From: Octopus sinensis
Lineage: Eukaryota
Length of the DNA: 64,000 nt
Assembly (NCBI RefSeq): GCF_006345805.1
Contig: NC_043012.1
Span: 9,176,001-9,240,000, forward strand
Direction: 5' to 3'
Part shown: piece by piece, positions 54,178 through 64,000 of the stretch
How the letters are laid out: every line of letters begins with the position of its first letter
Position numbering within the stretch: the first letter of the stretch is position 1
The notes under the pieces: model-generated
Database searches by the model: none
What the model was told of the DNA's origin: nothing
The model's input: the letters and a program-made list of their open reading frames with translations, nothing else
Program-made: the position numbers and the translations under genes

Positions 54178-54486
54178 GGTAATTTACATGAACCGTAGTG
54201 AAGTCAGCATAGTAATCTCAACTCTGCAATATAGATTTATATTCTTTAGTCTTGAATACTTTCCCTCCTATTTGTATACTCAGTGACACCCCCTCCCGTA
54301 TCTATATGTATTAGTGTGTGCCTATGTGTAATTAATTGTGTGTAGTATGTGGTATTAGATCAAAAGTAACACAAAATTGTAAATGATTGAGTAGTCACTA
54401 AACATTATTTAATAAGTTATCTCTTTCTCTCTATCTGCCCACCTACCGATCTATCTATATATATATATATATATATATATATCTTC

Positions 54487-54894
54487 TATGTATGTATGTA
54501 TGTATGTATGTATGTATGTATGTATGTATGTATGTATGTATGTATGTATGTATGTGTGTATGTATGTATGTATGTGTGTATGTATTTATGTATGTATTTA
54601 TGCATGTATGTGTATGCATGTAAGTATGCATGTATGTATGTATGTGTATGTATGTATGTATGTATGTATGTATGCATGCATGCATGCATGTATGTATGTA
54701 TGTATGTATGTATGTATGTATGTATGCATGCATGTATGTATGTATGTATGTATGTATGCATGCATGTATGTATGTATGTATGTATGTATTTATATATGTA
54801 TTTATGTATGTATGCATGTATGTGTATGCATGTAAGTATGCATGTATGTATGTATGTATGTATGTGTATGTATGTATGTATGTATGTATGTATC

Positions 54895-54930
<36 letters not shown>

Positions 54931-54935
54931 TCTAT
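54487..54935. repeat. (TATG)n microsatellite with an internal higher-order duplication
   Basis: Direct reading; catgtatgtgtatgcatgtaagtatgcatg occurs twice. Confidence 0.9.
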
Positions 54936-55604
54936 GTGTGCGTATACATGTATATACATGTACTCACACACACACACACACATATATATATATAAATGCA
55001 TGCACACATATACAAACTGTTTTGTATCACCACCTAAAGTCACTTCCCATGTATGAATAGATTAGCTGTAACCAAGAGACGTGGGAGGCCGTGCCATCAT
55101 AAATCATATCTTGACAACGATGTTTAATTAATCCCAGTGCTTTGAGAAGTTTTTAAATATACGACGAGCTCACAGGCTCTGAAAATTACATTTAATAAAA
55201 ATCATAAATAATAAAAGATTAACTTCAGGCTTTACGCACATACCGATGTATATGTGCCTCGTTATTTGTGTCTATGTATGTAACAATGTTAATTTTCCTG
55301 TTATGCATAATTTTACAACTGTTATTTTTATTATACATATTGATAAGTATGTACACGCGGTTTGTATATATGATAAGTTGATCGTTATTAAGTATGAATT
55401 TGTTATTTATGAATATATATATTGAACACACAGTTCTATATTTAAGAGATATATCGAACATGTTTCAAAATGCTTTTTGTTTCGTTATATTCATACCTTT
55501 ATTCAGATTCTTCAATATATCATCGACACAGAAAATTAATAGGTTGTTAAACTCTAACAGGTTATTACATTGCGGGAAATCTGGTGGAGAAAGTTTGCAT
55601 ATAT

Positions 55605-55983
55605 ATATGAATATGAGGGAGAATCCACTATGTGGACACCCATACGCTAAAAAGAGATCCGCATGAGTCTCAACCACTAAGAATTGTTCTCAAGAAAAAT
55701 TTAGCACATCATTAACAATTGTATGGGGTTAATCTGTATTTTGTTATTTTTCATTAGTCCTGCTCGCTTACGTTCATGGTGTGCTAAATTTTTCTCGAGA
55801 ACAATTCTTAGTGGTTGAGACTCATGCGGATCTCTTTTTAGCGTAAGGGCGTCCACAGAGTGGATTCTCTCTCATATTTATGTATTAATAATATTTACTG
55901 AATCTCAGTTTTTATGCGCTAAGCCACTGGTGTTAAATTGATGTTATTAAATTAATATCCAATTTTTTCACCCTCATTTTGAC
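55605..55983 (+). mobile_element. Relative of the 35.1-kb element with ~105-bp inverted repeats (55611-55716 / 55772-55881)
   Basis: Shares ccactatgtggacaccc.tacgcta...gatccgc and caccctcatttt; ends in (TA)n. Confidence 0.8.
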
Positions 55984-56430
55984 TATATATATATATATAT
56001 ATATATATACATTCACACATATACACACAATAGGCTAAAAAAATCCTTAACACCAGCACATATTTGGAATGAAATGCAGGGAAGCATAAATATCACAAAG
56101 ATGCATTATTTAATTACTTTTAACAACCGTTTCATTAGGAGTACGGATAACTAATTCCATAATTACGTAATCAAGCTAATTAATTATTATAAGTCAATTA
56201 AATTTAAAGTAATGCTTATGCCAAATCATATGGAATAGTACCGCTGGTAGTTGAAATAGGAGAAAAGAATCAAAATGTATCAATATGTGGTCGAGAAAAT
56301 AATTTAATCCTTATCTCTGCCTCGTTCCAGTTATGGTCCTACTTCGCGGTACCTTCTATTCTAGCCTGGGTTTCATCAATGGCTCGTGAGTAAAATTTCT
56401 AAAAGCAAACTTTACCTAATCTCGTCGACG

Positions 56431-56548
<118 letters not shown>

Positions 56549-56764
56549 CTGTCTGTCTGTCTGTCTGCCTTCCTGCCTTCCTGCCTGTCTGTCTGTTTGT
56601 CTGTCTGCCTGTTTCTCTGTCTGTTTATCTATCTATCTACTTACCTATCTGTCTATCTATCCGCCAGATCACCCAACCAACCAACCAACCATCCATCCCT
56701 CCATCTGCCCGTCCATCCGTCCGTCCGTCCGTCCGTCCGTCCGTCAGTCCGTCCGTCTCTGTAT

Positions 56765-57200
56765 TAGTGTTGCTGGTTCACCTGTTGAATCTGGAGAAAG
56801 GGGTCATAAGGTACCCGTGGTCTTCACCGGCGTAGCTAAAACGGCGAGATGGTTGTCAATAATGTTCATCATTAACTCTGTAAGTCAACGCTTGTCTAAG
56901 AGATACGAGCTGAGAGGGAATCCCCGAGATTCTGACATTCTGGTGATGGAGAAGTGGGCGAGGTTAGTGAAATCTGATACGAAAAGACCGACCCACGAGT
57001 TAACAGTAGGGGGAAGTCCTTAGGCGGACAGTTTCGATAAGAGAATGGCATGATTGTCACGATGACCGCTTTACTGATGCCGAGAGCGACAACATAGCTT
57101 TCATCTAATTTCTCCAAGGGGTAAGAACTCACTGACGGATGACGGAGGAGAATATATCAACGGTGGGTCTGGTTTTACGGAAAAGGTATTGGTACTCATT
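56765..57200 (-). mobile_element. Degenerate Jockey/CR1-group RT fragment
   Basis: QYLFRKTRPT...ESYVVALGISKA resembles QYGFR..RST / VALDISKAFD. Confidence 0.6.
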
Positions 57201-57213
57201 AAGAGCGGGAGAG

Positions 57214-57275
<62 letters not shown>

Positions 57276-58021
57276 AGGGCAATGGAAAGTATCGTTAATG
57301 ATACTTCATTACCTTAAAGAGAGTAAAAGTGAGAGTGATAATGCGATAGGGCGATAAATATCAAGATCACAGGGGAGGCGCTTTCGCATCTTGCGAATGG
57401 AATATTTTACAGTGTATTTCCAAAGATCAATATAACTACATATACAGAGAGAAAGAAAAACAGAGGCAGAGACAGAGAGAGAAAGCGGGAAAGAGAGAGA
57501 GAGGAGGCAAAGGGAGAGAAGAGAGAGCGGGGAGAGAGACATAGAAAGAGTCATAGAAAGAGTGAGGGAGAGAGAAAGAGAGAGAGAGAGGGAGAGAGAG
57601 AGAGAGAGTAATGGAAGATTTTGTTGTTCTGGGGGAAAATGTTTTTACTCGTATAATATTTCGTTATGTAAAAAAGATAACTGACTTTGATAAAATTAGT
57701 GCTTGGCTGAAATAAAAGCTGTATTCAATGAGATGGAGGTGCTCTAGCATGGCCACAGTCCAATGCCAGTGTCTAGTTAAAAAAATATCATGCAGTGCAA
57801 CGCCTTTATCAAATGGTCGCTTATGATAATTACATTCGATACATCTGAATGTGTTTGAGTCATACAAACAGAGACATTATTTATTGCACGTATATTAGCC
57901 AGGCAATCAATCTTTTTTCACCTCAATGTTATATAATTATGATGAGGATTACGAGTAGATGCCAATAGTAATGGAATGTGTCGGTTACAATGGAATGTAC
58001 GCTGAATGTAATTTTCCTTCT

Positions 58022-58254
58022 TTTCTTTTACTTGTTTCAGTCATTTCAGAGCTGCCATGCTGGAGCACCGCCTATTAGTCGAACAAATCGACCTTAGGAC
58101 TTATTCTTTGTAAGACTAGTACTTATTCTATCGCTAGGTCACGGGGACTTAAGCGCGCCAACATCGGTTGTCAAGCGATGGAGGGGGGGGATAAACACAC
58201 ACACACACACAAACATATTTACATAAACAAATACAGATATATATATATATATAC

Positions 58255-58311
<57 letters not shown>

Positions 58312-58450
58312 CTCACCAAATCGACTCACAAAGCTTTGTTCGGCCCGAGGCTATCGTAGAAGACACTTGTCAAGGTGCCACGCAGTGGGACTGAGACCGG
58401 AACCATGCGATTAGTAAGCGAGCTACTTACCACACAGCCACTCCTGCGCC
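58022..58450 (-). mobile_element. SINE family A
   Basis: Sequence match. Confidence 0.88.
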
Positions 58451-58579
58451 TAATTATATATATATATATATATAATGCATATACACACACACACACATAA
58501 GTATATATACATTGATATATGTACACACATACGTATAGATAGATATACACAGACATGCAGTAAGTAAATTTAAACCTTT

Positions 58580-59200
58580 AATTTTCAAAATCTTTTATTT
58601 AATACGCAAAGTGAAGAATTGAAATGTAATCGATAGGTAGGTCTACATACTTTAGTGTTTAGTTGACTTTCCCTTTTGCAGTTTTTAATTCAGAAACTCT
58701 TTTTGGCATTGAACTGATGAGCTTTGTGATGTCTCTTGTGGAATTTCTGCTCACTTTTCATGCAACAATCGAAACAATTCATCTTTAGATTTAGGTTTCT
58801 GTCGAGTTTTTCCTTTAGCTCTATCTAGTATGCTCCAAAGATCTTCAGTTGGGTTCATGTCAGGAAATTGGTTCGGCCAAGGAAGCTTTTTGATCCCATT
58901 TTCAGTCAGCAATTGTTGATTCCTTTTCGCTGTGTGGCATGGAGCCCCATCTTCCATGAATAAAAACTCATTTTTCGTTATGTTATCGTGTGAATACATT
59001 GGAAGTAGTCTTTGATTAAGTATTTCGATGTATGTTTCAGAGTTTATGGTTCCAACACATTCGATCAGCTCAGAACGACCATTGCTGGGGACAGCTCCCC
59101 ATACCATTACAGAGATACCGTCATGTTTCACAGTTGGTTGGAGGCGAGAATTCAGATGTAGGATTTCTGTGTTTGCACATGCGTATGACGTCCCCATAAT
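58580..59200 (-). mobile_element. Tc1 (DD34E) transposase C-terminal fragment
   Basis: VKHDGISVMVWG...FMEDGAPCHTAK...WPNQFPDMNPTEDLW; D-x34-E counted. Confidence 0.9.
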
Positions 59201-59886
59201 AACGTCGAACACCAGATAAATCGAAGTGATAGGTAGTACTATGATGAAATACGAGGCGGTAGATGGAGTAAAAATTAACTAGAAGAATTAACAGGGAGAA
59301 GTGGATTTGCAGCTAGACACCTTGAGTGGCAACACCATACCGTCCAATAGCGACGTTGGATGCTGGACAGTATGAGTGGATTAAATTGTTCGGGATTCGG
59401 TCCAAACCTCCAGGTGTACAAGAACTGGAGAAAACAGGGTGACTAGTTTTATCTAGTAACGAAATGAGACGAAACTGTCCCTGAAGGTTCGAGCGAGGGA
59501 GACGAATGCGAACATCACATCCGTCATCTACTATCAGCGCCTGACAGTCGTATCTCGTCCCGCCTATGTCGTTTTACGTTCTGTGTTCAAATCTTACGCG
59601 CATGAAAGTTGCCTTTTACCTTCCGAGAGTTGATAAAAATAAAATATCAGTTTAATAATGGGATAAATGGAATCGAATAGCTCCCTTAGCTCAAAATTGC
59701 TAACATTGTGTCTAAATTTAAAAAAAATATTATGGATTTAGCTGATGAGTAACTGAACTGGTATAATGGTAAAACGACAGAGAAAATTGAGGTAACCGTT
59801 TGACATTGTAGAGGTACATATAAAATGGCGAGAAGTAGCTGGTAACACACACACACACACACACACAACACACACACACACACACA

Positions 59887-59923
<37 letters not shown>

Positions 59924-59952
59924 ACACATACACACACACACACACACAGACA

Positions 59953-60020
<68 letters not shown>

Positions 60021-60042
60021 TTGAAAGAAGGTTTGAAAATGA

Positions 60043-60127
60043 AATTTTTGAAGATGTTTATTGATTTGACCGGTTTCACTTTCTTAAAAAAGTGAAATCG
60101 GTCAAGTCAATAAACATCTTTAAAATT
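60043..60127. repeat. 85-bp palindrome of a hammerhead 3' half plus AATAAA
   Basis: Each arm reads outward AAAGT-GAAA-(C/T)CGG-TC-AA(A/G)TC-AATAAA-CATCTT; lies between (CA)n and (TA)n. Confidence 0.8.
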
Positions 60128-61398
60128 GAATTAAAATTGAATATATATATATGTGGTGTTTAGTCATTTCCATGTTGTGTATGCGAATTATGCCCGTGTC
60201 GAATTTACTTTTCATCTCTCCGGACTCTGTAAAGCGGCTATCAATTTTTGTGGGTTATAAAATCGATTTCTCTCCATATTTCATCGCATTTTACTTATGA
60301 CAGGACTTATCTGTATTGGGGAATTATTTGCATTTCTTGTGATAGTAGTTGTTGTAGTCCAAGTCGCATTAGGTGTAGTCGTCTTAGTGGCATTAGTAGT
60401 AGTAATCGTGGATGCGAAAAGAACAAGATGGAATAAATCGATACATCTGTTGCACACAACTATAAAATAAAAAAATAAAATAAAAATGGCAGCTTTAGGA
60501 AATTGATTTTTCCGGTGGCAGACGGAAAAAATAAAACATTGTGATTTTAGAAAATATTCAGTTATTTTTGATAATAAAAGAAAAAAATGAAACTTACTTT
60601 GTGAGATTTGACACTTATTTTAACACTCTTTCAACAACTAATGCCCAACAAAAGACAGAGGAGTAAAAGGAAAAATGGATTTCTAAAACGTTTTATTAAA
60701 ATCTTTGACGAAAATAGACGCGGACAAAGAAGACTAATAACAGTGAAAAAGGATTTGTAATGTGGTGGTGGGAGTGTGTCAGTATAGCTTATGATGAATA
60801 CTATTGGTCACGTTCAAGCTGAATAGCTAATACCATAATTCTGTCAGTGCTACACTGAATGTTCGCAAGATCAAGGATATGACGGGGGAATTGAGGACTT
60901 GTAGAATAGAAGAAAATCACCATTGATGCATCGTTGAGCAGTTCATGTCAAAGTATTATTTGGGGGATTTGAAATAGAGGTTTCCCTTCCCACCTTCCTG
61001 TGTTGGTTGGCGTTAGGGGTATCGCAGCCATTATCTGACCTTCGTGCAATTACTGCGTACGAGAAATGTAGTATTAAATAAAAATGGAGTTATTTCGGAA
61101 TGTTGGCTGATTTTTTATTATTTTTTTTTTAAAGTTACTCTGCAAACTGAGATGTAATTCCGGTGAAAGAATCCTGGGATAAAAGAATACAGGGGAGAAA
61201 AGGGGGGTTATTCGAAGTTTCAGAACAAAGGATTTGTGACCAAACTATGACAGTAAAAGAAAGGATAGATGGCTGACAGATTAGAGATTAAAAAATCGTT
61301 CGAGGGTTGAGTTTGGAGCAACAACAACAACAACAACAACAACAATAATACTAATACTAATACTAATAAAATTAAAAATAATAATGATGATGATGATG

Positions 61399-61449
<51 letters not shown>

Positions 61450-61471
61450 TAATAATAATAATAATAATAAT

Positions 61472-62025
61472 GCCCTGATGCAGTACCAGGCAGTGGCTCT
61501 CATGGCTTTTGATCTTAACTGATTGGAAGTGTTATCATGTACATTGTTTTGTCTTGGTATAAAAGACGGGCTACAGCAAATATTCTGCTCAATACCACAG
61601 ATTTGCTTGTCAGTTGTTTGACATTAACCAGTTGAGCATGTCCCTTAGTGGCTGACGATATGTGCATCTCTGATCACGAGCAGAAGTAGTGGGGGAGCAT
61701 CATAGCTATGTGTTGAGAGGGATTCTTTGGGGTTTGAATAATTCACCTCTGGAAACATGGGTGGTTCTTTCAACATCCTTAAACAATCCTTATTCAGGGA
61801 CCTTTTGAGCGGGATGGGTTACTCGACCTGAAGAAAATTCTAACTGGGCCCTACCTGCAAGGTCATGTGCTGTTTATCTTGATATGAAATCACCATGTCG
61901 CGCACATATGGTTGTGATGCATGTGCCTGGTGTACCCTTATCAGACGGGTAGTCATGATGGGTATATTGGGCTTCGTATATTTTACCCCAGTGTCACTTT
62001 GATGGCATGAACTGCTCTCTCACTC
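61472..62025. mobile_element. ~555-bp non-coding insertion within (AAT)n
   Basis: Sharp (AAT)n boundaries on both sides, higher GC than the flanks, no ORF. Confidence 0.55.
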
Positions 62026-62084
62026 AATAATAATAATAATTATAATAGTAATAATAATGATATTGATAGAATGTAAAACAAAAA

Positions 62085-62480
62085 CAAAAACAGGAAAACT
62101 TGAAGGTGATATCGAGACTGGCAAGAAAAGCCACTGCACGGGGCCATACTCCAAACGTGCTGGGGAAGCTGATGTAGATAGTAGAACTCCTCAGAGGCTG
62201 GAGAGTGCTGGCTTGAAAGCCGAAACTGAAGGATTTATCCCAGCAGCACAAGATCAGAGCCTTCTCACACAGAACTGTCAGCTAACGACAAACTTTCACT
62301 CTGCAATGACAGCAGAACTGTTACAAAAGGTTTTCCTCCTTGGCACGGCCAGAATAATCAGGAAAATATAAGTCGAAAAGAACAGGTAGCATGGTACTGT
62401 AGGCTGCAAGCAGCAAGCCCGCTACGCATGTAAAACTCCAAGAGTTCCAACAAAATCTGAGAAAAGAGAAAAATAATAAT
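62085..62480 (+). mobile_element. Internally deleted R4/Dong 3' end
   Basis: AGLKAETEGFIPAAQDQSL...LQKVFLLGTARIIRK, then UTR and aataataat. Confidence 0.8.
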
Positions 62481-62759
62481 GATTATAATGAATCAATTTA
62501 CTCTATCAAATTTCTTTTGTCACAATCTGTGTCGTTCATCGATAAAGTCACTAAAGGACTTTGTCAGACTAATCGATTAATTAGTTAAACGATTGATAAT
62601 AAAACTTAAGGGAAACAACCAGTGCGTGTGCTTGTATTGGCAGTGCGATCATCCTAAAATACAATAATATCAGTTTCAAAACACAATTTCACACCAAGTA
62701 TCTCGCAGAATAAATATAAAAATGTCTAAAAGCAATGTAAAAATGTGTGTAGCATTGGT

Positions 62760-63460
62760 TATGGAAGAATTAAAACAAAGAATGATTGCGAAAATAACTA
62801 AGGTTAAACGATATGAACAACGAATAAATCTACAAACAACTGTATATCCATTAAGGAATAGGAAAAAAATGTACAACCGGAGTTAATTGGAAATATCCGT
62901 AATGAAAGAGTGGTTCCTAATGGATAAGGAAGTAAGAAGTTCTGGAATGGCATTTGGGGGATAGAAGCAAGAACACAATGCGAAAGCTAAATGAATAAAA
63001 GAAGTAAAACAGAGAAACGCAAAATGATGTAAAAGTTTATAAAATGGTGGTTAGCAAACACTACCGTTTAATCTCCAACTGGAAAACATCGAACGGTATT
63101 TAAAGTTACTGGTGAAAGAAATTGAGATCAATGTACGGAAAAATTGCCTTAAATCTAGATAATAGTTTTTGTAATGAACCGCCACCCTTGTGCTTGAAAT
63201 ATGGGAAAATCATTCTGTGATAAAAAGAATCGGAAAAAAAAAGAGAAGTAATTGATAATTTTCGTCCAGAATGGTGTATTGCACTTAGGTGTAAATTACA
63301 AACCGGAATGGTGACAAAAAGTATGTATTAACACTTTGAGTCATAGCAATTCGAGCAAAAGAACGAAACAGTTGTAAAAACAACAGTGCAAAAACCAATA
63401 ACTGATTGACAAATTAATACTGAAAGATTACAAGAAAAGACATATCTATTTAGTAATGGT
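62760..63460 (+). mobile_element. Highly degenerate R4/Dong RT-upstream region
   Basis: FWNGIWG...HNAKAK*IKEVK...SNWKT motifs with many stops. Confidence 0.5.
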
Positions 63461-64000
63461 GTCGAGGCATGGCATTATGGTTAACAAGTTTGCTTTGGCT
63501 TGATTTTAGGTTCAGTCCCACTGCATGGGCAAGTGCGTTTTACTGTAGCCTCGGGCCGAATAATACCATATGAGTGAATTTGGTGGGCGAAACTGTGGAA
63601 GAACGTTGCGTGTATATATATATATATTATATATATATATATATACAAGAGTATACAGATTTATATACAGAGACAAGTCTGTTTACATGCTAAAGAGTGC
63701 AGTTAAACCCAAACCACGAAAAATATCATTCTAATTAACGAGCTAATAAAGTAATTTGTCATCCGTAGTTCATCAGTGTGATCGCTAAAGGAATGCATAA
63801 CTATGTAGCTTTAATTCGTACCGAACACCCATGCGAGCTCCCAACTTTAAACATTATGGATTCAAATCAAGCGCGCAGGCGCAGTCACATAGCCAAGTAG
63901 CAAATAATAAATTTAAATTGTGTGCCATATGGCCTCAGAATTATAAAAAAAATTACTGTGTAAATTATAGGGGTAAAACTATTAGAATAATTTTCTTACC

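Noticed and set aside
58714-58722. CTGATGA motifs here and at 37123, 43152 and 59742
   Set aside because: No matching stem II, GAAA or stem III; chance heptamers.

Overview
AT-rich eukaryotic intergenic/intronic DNA saturated with microsatellites and retroposons. The tRNA-derived SINE families and repeat landscape suggest an octopus (inference, not searched). No intact protein-coding gene is supportable, and most ORF-track entries are microsatellite or SINE artefacts. Recognisable relics: four tRNA-SINE families, RTE, CR1/Jockey, Tx1 and R4/Dong LINE fragments, Tc1 (DD34E), maT-like (DD37D) and mariner transposon relics, and a Penelope-like element (PLE) GIY-YIG fragment. The main unexplained structure is a dense set of type I hammerhead ribozyme (HHR) motifs in short non-coding modules inserted in (TA)n/(CA)n tracts. 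They are near-intact at 4.7, 16.6 (an inverted pair), 31.2, 35.4 and 45.7 kb and decayed or partial at 9.8, 21.4, 24.8, 55.5, 56.1 and 60.1 kb. Several are fold-back palindromes, and several are followed by an ATG plus a ~90-130-nt GT-AG intron, resembling PLE pseudo-LTRs. At 31.1-31.4 kb an HHR module appears fused behind a Pol III tRNA-like head, a candidate ribozyme-bearing, PLE-mobilised SINE. One SINE family also forms precise 184-bp head-to-tail arrays. All RNA folds were derived by eye.
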